Notes: a model not told the origin generated them from the sequence alone. A DNA stretch of 64,000 nucleotides from an uncultured archaeon (GCA_964410585.1 CAYPFW010000002.1:64001-128000), one strand, 5' to 3'; shown: positions 47,597-58,234, counted from the stretch's first letter. Numbers and translations: made by a program.

Positions 47597-49534
47597 ATGG
47601 ACAAATCTGGAATCTCTTCCCTAGACTTGAAGTTTTTGAAAAAAGAACTCCTCAAAAACCTAGCTGGAGGCATCTTCAAAAAAGTTTACCAGTACCAAGG
47701 AATAGACGGTTACCAATTTATTTTTGAAATATACTCTCCAATATCAAAAGAAGAAAAAAACCTTTTTTTGTATGTAGACAAATCAAAAATCTACTTGACA
47801 AAGTCAAAACAAGATGCCCCAACTGAGCCGCCATCTTTTTGCATGTTCCTTCGAAAAAATCTTTCAGGACAAAAAATCAGGGACATTTGCCAATATAAAT
47901 TTGATAGAATTCTTGAAATACATACAGATGAAAACATTTTGATATTCGAGTTTTTTTCAAGGGGTAATGTCATACTCTGCGATTCATTTAAAAAAATAAT
48001 CATGCCTTTGGATTTGCAGTCTTGGAAAGATAGGCAAATAAAACCAAAACTCCCTTACAAATACCCGCCAACATCTTCAGATCCTTTTGAATTGGATTTG
48101 CAAGAGCTGATAAGCTTAGCTTCAAAAACAGAAAAAAATCTAGCGAGTTTTTTAGCTGTGAGTTTAGGTCTTGGTGGCGATTATGCAAATGAAGTCTGCA
48201 AGCTTGCTAATCTTGATCCACAGAAACCAGCAAATAGAGCCTCTTTGGAAGACCTTGCAATCCTACACAAAACAATTGAGAACCTAGGAAAAAGAGAGCC
48301 AAGCCCAGCAATTTATGAAAACTTCATCTCGCCTTTTCCCTTAGAAATTTTCAAAGACAAAAAACCAAAATCTGGGCCATCGTTTTCAGAAGCACTTGAA
48401 GAATTTTTCTCGGGAAAAGAAGAGGGAAAAATAAAGTCAATTCAAGAAAAAGAAGAAAGGAGTCAGGAAGAAAAAGTCCAAAGGATTTTAGAATCAAGAA
48501 AGCAAGCAGTTGAAAAACACGAAAAAGCAGAGCAGGAGCTAAAACAAATAGCAGACGATATTTACAACAACTACCAGTTTGTTGATTCTATCCTTCTCCA
48601 AATAAAAAAAGCAATTTTCTCAGGAAAAACTTGGCCCGAAATAAAACAAGAAATGCAAAAACTTCCAGAATCAAAATCAATAAAGGAGATAAGAGAAAAA
48701 GAAGGCATTGTTGTAGTTGTTTTGTCTGGAAAACCAATTAACCTAGACTTCAGAAAATCAGTCGAAGAAAATGCAGCTAGATTTTACGAAAACGTAAAAC
48801 ATGAGAGGTCGAAGAAAGAGGGGGCTATTTTGTCTTTGGAAAAAACTGTTCAAGAGGAGAAAAAACCGGAGACAAAAATCCCAGTGAAAAGGCCGAGGAA
48901 AAAATGGTATGAAAAGTTTAGATGGTTTTTCTCTTCATCTGGTTTTTTGGTTGTTGCAGGTAGGGATGCAAAAGACAATGAAAACATAGTCAAAAAGCAT
49001 GCAGAGTCTCAAGATCTTTTATTCCATGCAGACATCCATGGGGCTGCTTTTGTTCTAATAAAGTCCCAAAACAAGCCAATAGATGAAATAACAATAAAAG
49101 AAGCTTCTGAATTTTCAGCTGCTAATTCCAAGGCATGGGCAAAAAATATCGGCTCAGTTGATGTGTTTTCGTTTAAACCAGAGCAAGCAACAAAACCTGT
49201 ACACCTCCCTAAAGGTTCTTTTGTAATAGAAGGCCCAAGGCAATGGTTTAAGGATTTGGAACTAAAACTATCTATAGGTGTGAAAATAGATAGGGAAAAA
49301 AACACAGCCTCTGTTGTCTCGGGCCCAGTCATGTCTGCGAGAAAATATTCCACGTATTTTTTGACAATAAAACCAGGATACAAAGAATCCTTAGACCTTT
49401 CAAGGGATATAAAAAACAAACTTCTACTAAAATCAAAACCAGAGGACAAGTTTTTGATAGATAAAATACCTTTGGAAGACATACAGAGATGCATACCCTC
49501 TGGAAAAGGAGATATCGAAGAAGGCGGATTATGA
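47597..49534 (+). CDS. rqcH: Rqc2/NEMF (NFACT) ribosome quality-control protein
   Basis: FCMFLRK, FDRI, GNVIL, WYEKFRWF, GRDA..NE, HADIHGA. Confidence 0.9.
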   Translation: MDKSGISSLDLKFLKKELLKNLAGGIFKKVYQYQGIDGYQFIFEIYSPISKEEKNLFLYVDKSKIYLTKSKQDAPTEPPSFCMFLRKNLSGQKIRDICQYKFDRILEIHTDENILIFEFFSRGNVILCDSFKKIIMPLDLQSWKDRQIKPKLPYKYPPTSSDPFELDLQELISLASKTEKNLASFLAVSLGLGGDYANEVCKLANLDPQKPANRASLEDLAILHKTIENLGKREPSPAIYENFISPFPLEIFKDKKPKSGPSFSEALEEFFSGKEEGKIKSIQEKEERSQEEKVQRILESRKQAVEKHEKAEQELKQIADDIYNNYQFVDSILLQIKKAIFSGKTWPEIKQEMQKLPESKSIKEIREKEGIVVVVLSGKPINLDFRKSVEENAARFYENVKHERSKKEGAILSLEKTVQEEKKPETKIPVKRPRKKWYEKFRWFFSSSGFLVVAGRDAKDNENIVKKHAESQDLLFHADIHGAAFVLIKSQNKPIDEITIKEASEFSAANSKAWAKNIGSVDVFSFKPEQATKPVHLPKGSFVIEGPRQWFKDLELKLSIGVKIDREKNTASVVSGPVMSARKYSTYFLTIKPGYKESLDLSRDIKNKLLLKSKPEDKFLIDKIPLEDIQRCIPSGKGDIEEGGL

Positions 49535-50046
49535 TAGACGAAGAGGAATATGTTGACATAGTTGATGAAAACGATATAGTTATTGGGAAAGAAACAAAAG
49601 AAAACAAAATAAAGAAAAATCTGATAAGCAGAAATGTTATAATATTCGTTGTGGATAAAAACAAAAACCTATTTATCACAAAAAGGTCGCCCCATAAAAG
49701 AACGTGCCCAAATATGTATGATGTATCTGCTGTTGGTAATATAAAATCTGGTGAGAGTCCAGAGAAAGCCGCTGAAAGAGAATTGAAAGAGGAGCTTAAT
49801 ATAAAATGTGACTTGAAATTTTTTGGTAAGCTTCTTAACGAGTTTTATGATGGTGATTTGTTTTTAAGATATTATAGCTATGTTTTTCTAGGAACACATC
49901 ATGGAGATATAAAGTTGGGTACTGAATTAACAGAACTGAAAAAAGTTGCATGGAAAGATGTGAAAAGCTTGGTTAGTAGTAACAAAGATCAATTTACCCC
50001 TGGTTTTTTAAAAGATTTTGAGCTTGTTAAGGAGCATTTAAAATGA
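49531..50046 (+). CDS. NUDIX protein, type 1 IPP isomerase-like
   Basis: VDIVDEND..G, KRS..K..P, GESPEKAAERELKEEL; overlaps the UbiA-family gene. Confidence 0.7.
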   Translation: MIDEEEYVDIVDENDIVIGKETKENKIKKNLISRNVIIFVVDKNKNLFITKRSPHKRTCPNMYDVSAVGNIKSGESPEKAAERELKEELNIKCDLKFFGKLLNEFYDGDLFLRYYSYVFLGTHHGDIKLGTELTELKKVAWKDVKSLVSSNKDQFTPGFLKDFELVKEHLK

Positions 50047-50864
50047 ACGCATACTTAGAAATTTTGAGGCCAACAGTTTGTTTGATGACTGTGTTAGCTC
50101 TGGTAGTTGGTGGAATAGTCTCACAATCGCTTGTTTTTCCTCAATTGATTTTTGCAATCCTCGCAGGCTTCCTGATAACAGGCGGCGGTAACATAATCAA
50201 CGACTATTTTGATGTTGAAACAGATCGGATAAACTCACCAAACAGGCCTATACCTTCTGGGAGATTTCCGAAAAAATTTGCCTTGCCATATTTTGCAATT
50301 GTAAATATTTTGGGTCTTGTGTTTGCTTATTTAATAAACACAAATTTCTTGCTGATAGCTGTTGTGAATTTTGTAGTTTCAACAATCTATTCATGGAAAC
50401 TCAAAACAACACCTTTAGTTGGGAATATAGCAGTGAGCTATTTGGGTGCTGTCTCTTTTTTCGCAGCTGGTTTAATTTCAATGAGCTTTTCCCAAACTTT
50501 GGCTCATCCTGTTTTCATCCTTGCTGTCATTGGTTTTTTTGGCACTTTGGCTCGGGAAATTTTGAAAGACATCCGCGATGTTAGAGGCGACAAAGCAATT
50601 GGCGCAAAAACTTTACCAATCATAACCTCAGAAAAAATAGCGAGTATAGTTGCAAATGTTTCTTTGGTTGTTGGAATCCTGCTCCTGTTCATACCTTTTA
50701 TTTTTGGAATGTTCAAAATCGTTTATTTGGCTTCTCTTATTCCAGCTGTTTTAGTTTGCTTGTATACATTTTTGAAGCCTCCAGAAAAAGCAGAGAAATT
50801 TGTCAAGCTCGCGATCTTCCTTGTTTTCTTGGCGTTTATTTTGGGAAGTTTGGTTCAATCCTAA
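50043..50864 (+). CDS. digeranylgeranylglyceryl phosphate synthase (UbiA family)
   Basis: INDYFDVETDRIN.P.RPIPSG, REILKDIRDVRGD. Confidence 0.85.
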   Translation: MNAYLEILRPTVCLMTVLALVVGGIVSQSLVFPQLIFAILAGFLITGGGNIINDYFDVETDRINSPNRPIPSGRFPKKFALPYFAIVNILGLVFAYLINTNFLLIAVVNFVVSTIYSWKLKTTPLVGNIAVSYLGAVSFFAAGLISMSFSQTLAHPVFILAVIGFFGTLAREILKDIRDVRGDKAIGAKTLPIITSEKIASIVANVSLVVGILLLFIPFIFGMFKIVYLASLIPAVLVCLYTFLKPPEKAEKFVKLAIFLVFLAFILGSLVQS

Positions 50865-50894
50865 GAATAAAAAGCTTATTTTTCAACAACTAGA

Positions 50895-51623
50895 ATGAGA
50901 TTTCCAATAGTTGTCAAAAGAGGATTTGGCGAGCATATCGAATACTCAAATTTATCAGCCGGCCTTCAAGAATCATTGAGAGATTTGGGTGTTTTAGATC
51001 CAAAAACAAATCAACCTCGGCAAAATTATTTTGATCTTGAAATAGCTGAAACTCCTTTGGTTGTGTGTTTGAATGAATTTTTTGACCTAACTCCACAATT
51101 TCACATTGGTTGTTCACTTGATGAAAGGCCTCCGAGTTTTAGTTTTTTAGCCTCTTCAGGATCATATGAAACAAGAGAAGGCAAATTTCATTTATCTTAT
51201 ACAAGACACCTAAAATGGGATGTTTTTGCATGCGGTGATTTTTTGAGAAATGATCAAGGTCATAGGGATCTACATGCCACTGCATCTGCTTTCAACGACA
51301 GAAAAAATTATGTAGAAGGTATATCAGTTGGTTGGCACGGTTGGTCTGGTGAAATGATTGGGGATAGGAAATCTGGATTCTATGGCGATAGAGTTTATTT
51401 GGAAATGGATGCACAGAGACCAGAAAGATCAAAGCTTGTTTATCAGGAAAAATTAGAGCCTAAATTGAGGGCTCTTATAGAAGGCAATTTACCACAAGGT
51501 CAGGATTATCCTGTTTCCGATGCTATTTTTTCATTGATGAAAATGGCAAGCAGAGTTTTCGCAACAAAATTAGATGTTGATTCTAACAGACAGAAAATAG
51601 AAAAAGCATGCGAGGGACTTTAG
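50895..51623 (+). CDS. hypothetical protein
   Basis: 242-aa ORF filling the gap; no motif recognised. Confidence 0.6.
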   Translation: MRFPIVVKRGFGEHIEYSNLSAGLQESLRDLGVLDPKTNQPRQNYFDLEIAETPLVVCLNEFFDLTPQFHIGCSLDERPPSFSFLASSGSYETREGKFHLSYTRHLKWDVFACGDFLRNDQGHRDLHATASAFNDRKNYVEGISVGWHGWSGEMIGDRKSGFYGDRVYLEMDAQRPERSKLVYQEKLEPKLRALIEGNLPQGQDYPVSDAIFSLMKMASRVFATKLDVDSNRQKIEKACEGL

Positions 51624-52492
51624 AACTCATATATTTCCGGACCAATCTGCCCAAACATGACGATCCTTTTCTTTGGTTTTGTTGCAAACTTTTTGTAGAC
51701 CATTGAAAGCTCGTCTTCTCTCTTCTTTCTTATCCAATCTGTCTCACCTTGTTTGTAGCTTTTTCCATATTGCTGTCCCCTATGCAAAAGCATGCTCCTG
51801 AAGGATGCAGCAATCAAAAAAATCAATTCTTTATCGCTCCAAGTCGAGCTCATTGATCCATTCTGCGCATACAAAAAGCTGTTCCCTTCTAATTTTCCAG
51901 GCAACCAAAGACCTTCGTTCACTTGACCCTTTGTGTGTTTTACAATCACATTTGCATTTGGCAATTTTTCAAACTCTGAATTGTGTGTTGCCCATTCAGA
52001 AGAATAATCAATCAAAACAAAAAGCTCAAATTTGTTTTTTGATGTCTCTTTTTCCAGGCTTTCCAAGGCCTTCCTGAAAATATCAGCGTGTGGATACTTC
52101 ATGTTTTCCAAATCGCCGACAAACCTGAGCCTAATATTGTTTTCTTCTGCAAATTTTTTGTAGACACCAACCTCTTGAACAAGTGCATCAATAATTTCTT
52201 TGTAATTGTCCCTGACTCTGTGCTTTTGTCCAGTTGTCAAAACATAGAACCTTTTTGCTCCAAGAAGATTCAATAAATGAACAAGCCTCAAAATAAACAG
52301 TCCACCATCAAAATAAGCTTCCCAGCCTTTCAAGTCTGTTGAAGTCCTTGTTCCGTCTGTGAGTTCATACATTACAAGGTCTTCTATCTCTTTTTTCCTG
52401 TCTTTTATCTCCAATTTCTCGAGCCACTCATCGAAAATTTTTTGGGCTTCTTCCTTTGATATAAATTTGGGTAGTTTTGCCTCCATATCCAA
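51620..52492 (-). CDS. divergent cis-prenyltransferase-fold protein
   Basis: DGTRT, NNIRLRFVGDL, LEKETSKN, DYS. Confidence 0.6.
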   Translation of the reverse strand: MDMEAKLPKFISKEEAQKIFDEWLEKLEIKDRKKEIEDLVMYELTDGTRTSTDLKGWEAYFDGGLFILRLVHLLNLLGAKRFYVLTTGQKHRVRDNYKEIIDALVQEVGVYKKFAEENNIRLRFVGDLENMKYPHADIFRKALESLEKETSKNKFELFVLIDYSSEWATHNSEFEKLPNANVIVKHTKGQVNEGLWLPGKLEGNSFLYAQNGSMSSTWSDKELIFLIAASFRSMLLHRGQQYGKSYKQGETDWIRKKREDELSMVYKKFATKPKKRIVMFGQIGPEIYEF

Positions 52493-52510
52493 ATGTATTA
52501 AAATTGGGGT

Positions 52511-53569
52511 TTATATAATTCCCGTTTTCCTGCAAATCTCTAGAACAAGTTTTTCATCCAAAGGTTTTTCATCTAAAATCGTGTACCTCTTCCTCGTGTT
52601 TTTTGCTTCCAAAAAAGCTTTTACCAAAACGTCTTGGGGAATTTTTAAATCAGCTGCTTTTGTCGGCGCGCCGAGATCTGAAAGCAGATTTTTTATTTTT
52701 TGCCAGTTGGCTAGTTGTTTCAATTGTTGTCCTGAAAAGCTCTGGTTATTCTCTGGTTTTTGTGACTCTAAAAAACTACCTTGTAAATAGGAAAAAAATA
52801 TCGTCCCAATTCCAACCTGTTCACCGTGCAAACCAAATGGGCCAAGCCTGTCCAAAGCATGTGAAAACATATGTTCAGCACCAGAAGCAGGCCTTGAAGA
52901 ACCGTGCAATGTCATAGCCATGCCAGAGAAAATCAAAGACCAAACTAGGTTCTTCATTCCTTTTTCTGTTTTATTTTTTATCTCTTCAACAGAAGAAGAA
53001 ACCAAATCAGCGCACATCAAAGAAAGGTTGGCTATTGGTTCAGAATACTCTTCACCTTTTTTTGCACCAAGCCTCCAGTCAAAAATTGAAGTATATTTGG
53101 AAATTATGTCAGCAGCCCCAGAAGCAGTTGTCCTGTATGGTGATTTTGAAAGTATATCCAAATCAGCGACAACGCCAAAGGGCGTAGTTGCCTGAATAGA
53201 AGAATATTTTCCATCAACTGTCAAAGAAACATTTTCTGAGACAATCCCATCATGTGCGCAGGCAGTTGGTACAGAAATAAATGGGATAGCTTTCCTGTGT
53301 GCTGCTAATTTTCCAACATCAATTACCTTTCCCCCACCAACAGAAATTATGCAATCTGCTTCTTCTTTCTCAACCTTTTCAACCTCTTCCATTGTAGAGT
53401 CTTTTACAACTATAATTTTGCCTTTGAGAAGCTCTCTTATCCTTTCTCCTGCAATTTCTTTCGTTATAGAATCAGCAACTACGAGCGGTTTCTTTCCTTC
53501 TACAACTTCGCCTATTTTTTCTATTGCCCCGCCTTCAACAAGAACTTTTCTCGGTAGCCTAGACATCAT
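52511..53569 (-). CDS. egsA: sn-glycerol-1-phosphate dehydrogenase
   Basis: GGGKVIDVGK, PTACAHDGI, SSRPASGAEH..SH, LHGEQVG, RYTIL. Confidence 0.92.
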   Translation of the reverse strand: MMSRLPRKVLVEGGAIEKIGEVVEGKKPLVVADSITKEIAGERIRELLKGKIIVVKDSTMEEVEKVEKEEADCIISVGGGKVIDVGKLAAHRKAIPFISVPTACAHDGIVSENVSLTVDGKYSSIQATTPFGVVADLDILSKSPYRTTASGAADIISKYTSIFDWRLGAKKGEEYSEPIANLSLMCADLVSSSVEEIKNKTEKGMKNLVWSLIFSGMAMTLHGSSRPASGAEHMFSHALDRLGPFGLHGEQVGIGTIFFSYLQGSFLESQKPENNQSFSGQQLKQLANWQKIKNLLSDLGAPTKAADLKIPQDVLVKAFLEAKNTRKRYTILDEKPLDEKLVLEICRKTGII

Positions 53570-53844
53570 ACGATTTCCACTCTTCCCAAAATCATCTGCC
53601 GCAAAGGACAGCTATTCATAATACTAAACCAATTCCTTAAATACGTTTACTGCACTTTAGTCCTTGTTTAGGGACAAATCAAAACCAGCAAAAGGCGAAA
53701 CATTTATAAATCAAAACAGCATATAGTAAATAGTTATTTGCAAACATCTGCACAATGTGTTTTTGTTTTGCAGTTGGATCTTTTGGTCCAACAAAGTTTA
53801 AAACCGAAATTAAGCTCAATTAAGGTTTTAAAGGGGGAAATTAT

Positions 53845-54150
53845 ATGGCGAAAAAATCAAAAAGAGCAGCTAAAAAATATTATTCCCTACACAAGGGAAG
53901 CAAAGAAGTTGCTGTTTTCACAGGAAGACAGCCTAGACAAGCAGCTTTAAAAGCAGCAAGCAGGGGCCACACAGACATAAGATTGAGAGAAAGAGGCCGA
54001 AGAAACAGGGACGGTACATACACTGTCCACAAATTCAAAGGAAGCAGAAAACAAGTTGCTTCACCAGCTGACAGACCAGATTGGTTACCAGCAAAGGTTT
54101 GGAAAGCCAATGTAAAAAAGCTTGGTGTCGACAGAGTTAAAAAATTATAA
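53845..54150 (+). CDS. non-histone chromosomal protein MC1
   Basis: VFTGRQPRQAALKAA, IRLRERG, PDWLP. Confidence 0.92.
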   Translation: MAKKSKRAAKKYYSLHKGSKEVAVFTGRQPRQAALKAASRGHTDIRLRERGRRNRDGTYTVHKFKGSRKQVASPADRPDWLPAKVWKANVKKLGVDRVKKL

Positions 54151-54201
54151 GTTTATAAAATTTGAGGACGTTATGTCCTCAGATTTATTTTTCTATTTCT
54201 A

Positions 54202-54633
54202 ATGAAAACTTTTAAAAAACCTTCTGCTGCAGCTACAGTTGCTGTTTTTGCAAAAGACACAAATTCTTTCCTATTGATCCGAAGACAAAAAAATCCATTC
54301 AAAGGAAAATATGCCTTTCCAGGCGGCTTCTTAGATACTGACAAAGAAGACCTCTACCAAACAGCTGTTAGAGAATTAAAAGAAGAGACAGGTGTAAAAA
54401 TAGGCAGAAACAACCTCAGACTTATTGATGTTAGGTCTGGGCCAAAACGCGATCCAAGAGGACACGTCGTTGATGTCGGCTTCATTTGTATTCTAGAAAA
54501 AGCACCAAAATTAAAAAGAGGAGATGAAATCCCAGTTTGGGTTCATGTGAATAAAATTGATAGGTTAGATTTTGCTTTTGACCACAAATTGTTTTGGAAA
54601 AATCTAAAAGCTTACCTAAACAACCAAAAATAG
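54202..54633 (+). CDS. NUDIX hydrolase (ADP-ribose pyrophosphatase-like)
   Basis: FPGGF..AVRELKEETG, RDPRG, AFDH. Confidence 0.88.
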   Translation: MKTFKKPSAAATVAVFAKDTNSFLLIRRQKNPFKGKYAFPGGFLDTDKEDLYQTAVRELKEETGVKIGRNNLRLIDVRSGPKRDPRGHVVDVGFICILEKAPKLKRGDEIPVWVHVNKIDRLDFAFDHKLFWKNLKAYLNNQK

Positions 54634-55467
54634 CAAACCCCCATACAGAGCAGTCGCCAAAACAGCAAGTATGAAAACAGGTGCAAACCTTATTCCTTCT
54701 TTGATGTAAACAAATCTTTTTGTCTTTTTTAGTTTTGCCAGTTCTTTTTTAGTCAGTCCTCTCCACTTGTCCTGAACCAAAACATCGCCTTCTCTTAGAT
54801 CTTTTGTCGAAATTTTTTTCACAAAGACCTTGCTTTCAATTACCTTTGTATATTGGACAAAGAAAAATAGGGCATAGAGGATGCCAACAGCTGAATAAAA
54901 GTGGAAAAGGAAGGCAGAAGTCAAACCAAAATAAAAAGTGAAAACAATTAAGACAGCAAAAAACAAACCTGTGACCCCGTATATACTTTTCCTATTTTTT
55001 CTAAGTGAAGAAGAAAATTCCTTCCCGACTTTTTTATTTTTTGCCCCCAAAACAATTGTATAGGCAAGTATGTAGAAAAGGGATATTAGAAACAAATTGA
55101 AAATCAAAGCCAAATAAAATGGGATATTTGATGAAAAACCGCCAAGGAAAAGCATGCTCTCTTTGTCTGGAAAAAGAAAACCCATTGCCCCAAGTAGCCA
55201 AGCATCACCATCTCCCCACTGCTTTGTGAAATACAAACCCATGCCAAGAGCCAAAAACAAAAGTCCAAATAAAACAGAATTTGTAATTATCAGCAAATTT
55301 CCTGTATATGCTGCAAAAATTCCTCTGATGGCCAACGCAGAAATAATCATGCCATATGGAAGCCAATCTGCAAATTCAGTGTACCTCAAATCAAAATAAG
55401 CAGCTGCACCAAATCCAAGTATACCAATTGCAAACAAAATAATCTCGATCATGCTATATATATTCAT
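54616..55467 (-). CDS. A24 prepilin peptidase
   Basis: YFDLR, WGDGDA, GIRFAP. Confidence 0.85.
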   Translation of the reverse strand: MNIYSMIEIILFAIGILGFGAAAYFDLRYTEFADWLPYGMIISALAIRGIFAAYTGNLLIITNSVLFGLLFLALGMGLYFTKQWGDGDAWLLGAMGFLFPDKESMLFLGGFSSNIPFYLALIFNLFLISLFYILAYTIVLGAKNKKVGKEFSSSLRKNRKSIYGVTGLFFAVLIVFTFYFGLTSAFLFHFYSAVGILYALFFFVQYTKVIESKVFVKKISTKDLREGDVLVQDKWRGLTKKELAKLKKTKRFVYIKEGIRFAPVFILAVLATALYGGLLFLVV

Positions 55468-55484
55468 CTGATCGAATAAATAAT

Positions 55485-56174
55485 ATGGATGTAGTCAAAC
55501 CAATTGGTGATTCATGGAGATTTTGCAAATCACATAGATCAATTTTCTATCCAGGCATTGTTTCTGCTTTGATGACTTTGATTATCTTAGCATCTTATGG
55601 ATTTCCAGTTACTAATTTTAATCCTCAAAACATCAACACATTTCTCATCATTGCTGTGACAATTATAAGCTTGGTTGTTTCCAGTTTCACTGCTCTTTGG
55701 ACAGTTTCAATTGTAAATTCTGGGGGGAAAAAATCAGCATCTCAAGCAGCAAGTGAGGCCCTATCTAGGTTGCCATCTGCTATAGGGGGTAGTATTCTGC
55801 TATCGCTTATCCTGGTTGCGGGTTTTGTTGCACTAATTATACCTGGAATATATCTCATGGTTAGATTGATCTTTTTCTATCAATCCATAATAATTGATAA
55901 GAATGGTGCTATTCCATCCCTTAAACAGAGTTGGAATTTAATAAAAGGAAAATGGTGGGATACTTTCGGCTTTTTGATACTCTTGACTCTAGCATCTTTT
56001 GTGTTTTTGATTCCATACTATGGACTTTTCTTTATGTCGCTGATTAGCGCCTCTTTTATCTTCGGAATACTCTCATTCATCTACATGGCAGCAATTTCAA
56101 TCTTCCTAACACCATTCATATACGGAGCGTTTACGTTCTATTATTTGGAAATAAGAAAGGAGCGCAAAAAGTAA
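55485..56174 (+). CDS. multi-pass membrane protein
   Basis: LIIPGIY, SLKQSWNLIKGKWW. Confidence 0.75.
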   Translation: MDVVKPIGDSWRFCKSHRSIFYPGIVSALMTLIILASYGFPVTNFNPQNINTFLIIAVTIISLVVSSFTALWTVSIVNSGGKKSASQAASEALSRLPSAIGGSILLSLILVAGFVALIIPGIYLMVRLIFFYQSIIIDKNGAIPSLKQSWNLIKGKWWDTFGFLILLTLASFVFLIPYYGLFFMSLISASFIFGILSFIYMAAISIFLTPFIYGAFTFYYLEIRKERKK

Positions 56175-56203
56175 CTTTATATAAAACAAAAAGAATAAAG
56201 AGT

Positions 56204-57562
56204 ATGAGGCAACTGTATTTGATTCTGGTCTTGCTTTTGATACCTTCGCTTGTTTTAGCAGAACCTGTCGAAATATCTATCAATCCTCAAAGTGCAACAA
56301 TTGAATATAGGAGAGAGTCTAATTTCACTCTCGAAGTCACAAACAACCAAAACTTCACAGACACCTTTACCTTTAAACACATTGGAGCATATTCTCAGTG
56401 GGTTTCCTATTACAATACAACGGTAACTGTCAAAAATAACTCAAAGGAAAACATTACCTTTGTAATCTTCCCTACAAACGATATAGGAAAATATGTTTAT
56501 CAGCTAACAACTCAATCCAAAAAAAATTCATCTGTGAATGATACACAGGATTTGGCTTTCACAGTTTTCCATCCAGAAGGCGTGCTTTTGAAAGAGTATT
56601 ATCCTAGATGGCAAGGAAAAATCTTCCCAAACTTCTTTGTTAAAACAGTTGAAAAAAGGCTAGTCACAGTTTTAATGGAAATAATAGACCAAAATGGAAA
56701 AATTGTTGAGAAAACAAGCGCCTCAAAAGAGATAGATGGCGAGGGCAATGTATTTGAGTTTGTTGAGATAGGAAGCTTGGATCCAGGAAAGTATACTCTA
56801 AAATCCCAAATAGAAGGCACATCAGTTGTAAAAGAGCAGGAAATAGAAATAGAATCAAATGAAAGTGTAAAGATTGATAGAAAAGTTGATTCTAACCCAC
56901 TTTTCCAAGAAGTGAAAATCTCAATCACCAATTTAGGGAACACACCTCAAAAAAATTACCAAGTCTTTGAAACTTTGGGTGTAGGAACACCAGTTAACTT
57001 TATTACAAAATTCTCAGGTTTGGAAAAACTTGATGATCAAATAAAATATGAATTTAAAGTAGCAGAACTAAAACCAGGTGACACAGTTGAAATTGTTTAT
57101 AGGATAGAATATTGGCAGGGAATGTTAATAACCCTGATATTAATAATAATTGCATTAGGTGTTATGATTTGGTACGTGAACAGGCTGAGAAATCCAAGGA
57201 TAAGGAAGAAGTATTTGAAAAAGAAAACTGGGTTTACTGTTGTCCTAGAAATAAGAGGATCAATGTTCAACGACTTGAAGAACGTAACTATCAGAGATTG
57301 GGTAAGCCCGCTTGCTAAGGTTAAGCAAAATTTTGAGACCTTAAAACCAGTTGTTAGAGGCTCTGATGTTGGCACAGAGCTGATATGGAAGCTCGGTGAT
57401 TTGGCTAAAGGCGAGGACAGAGTCATCCACTACGATATAGAGCCTGTTCAATTGAGTACGATAAAATTAGACAAAGCCTGGATGCGATACTCTAAGACAG
57501 AAGATAAACAATACAAGAAGTTTTCTAATGTAATTGTGGTGGACGCATCTAACAGTGCCTAA
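56204..57562 (+). CDS. exported Ig-like membrane protein
   Basis: Signal peptide, beta-rich, internal TM. Confidence 0.7.
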   Translation: MRQLYLILVLLLIPSLVLAEPVEISINPQSATIEYRRESNFTLEVTNNQNFTDTFTFKHIGAYSQWVSYYNTTVTVKNNSKENITFVIFPTNDIGKYVYQLTTQSKKNSSVNDTQDLAFTVFHPEGVLLKEYYPRWQGKIFPNFFVKTVEKRLVTVLMEIIDQNGKIVEKTSASKEIDGEGNVFEFVEIGSLDPGKYTLKSQIEGTSVVKEQEIEIESNESVKIDRKVDSNPLFQEVKISITNLGNTPQKNYQVFETLGVGTPVNFITKFSGLEKLDDQIKYEFKVAELKPGDTVEIVYRIEYWQGMLITLILIIIALGVMIWYVNRLRNPRIRKKYLKKKTGFTVVLEIRGSMFNDLKNVTIRDWVSPLAKVKQNFETLKPVVRGSDVGTELIWKLGDLAKGEDRVIHYDIEPVQLSTIKLDKAWMRYSKTEDKQYKKFSNVIVVDASNSA

Positions 57563-57574
57563 TTTTCGATTTCT

Positions 57575-58234
57575 ATGAATACAAATAGTGAAGCAAAAAG
57601 AATTCTGTGTTTTGGTGATTCGAATACATGGGGCCATGTGCCAATGGGAATGGCGAAGAAAAGATATTCAATCAAAGAGCGCTGGCCTGGAATTCTACAA
57701 AAGAAGTTGGGTAAAAGCTACGAGGTAATAGAAGAAGGTTTAGGTGGAAGGCTTACAGCTTTTGATGACCCAAGGCCAGAATTCCCTGAAAGAAATGGGT
57801 TGAAAAGCCTTCCTGCTATTTTAGAAACACATCTACCTTTAGATCTTGTGATAATCATGCTAGGGACGCCAGATACAAAAGAAATGCTTGGTTTTGATGT
57901 GAACAAAATAAAAGAGGGGATGAAGAAATTGATTTTGACAGTCAAGGATTTTAAAACACTGGATGGAACCTCACCCCCGAAAATTTTGATCGTTGTTCCG
58001 CCAATAGTCGATGACCAAGCTGGCTTCGCATCAAAACTGTTCAAAGGCGGCACTGCAAAATCAAAACAACTTGTAGACTCTTATAAAAAACTGGCAGAGG
58101 AAGAAAACATCTTTTACCTAAATCCAACAGACCAAATAAAAGTTGACAAAGAAGACGGTGTACATATCGATTCTGGGGGACATAGGAAATTGTCTGAGTT
58201 GGTTTACAGGAAAGTTTTGGAGATAGGTCTATGA
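57575..58234 (+). CDS. SGNH/GDSL hydrolase
   Basis: FGDSNTWG, EEGLGGR, MLGT, DGVH. Confidence 0.92.
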   Translation: MNTNSEAKRILCFGDSNTWGHVPMGMAKKRYSIKERWPGILQKKLGKSYEVIEEGLGGRLTAFDDPRPEFPERNGLKSLPAILETHLPLDLVIIMLGTPDTKEMLGFDVNKIKEGMKKLILTVKDFKTLDGTSPPKILIVVPPIVDDQAGFASKLFKGGTAKSKQLVDSYKKLAEEENIFYLNPTDQIKVDKEDGVHIDSGGHRKLSELVYRKVLEIGL

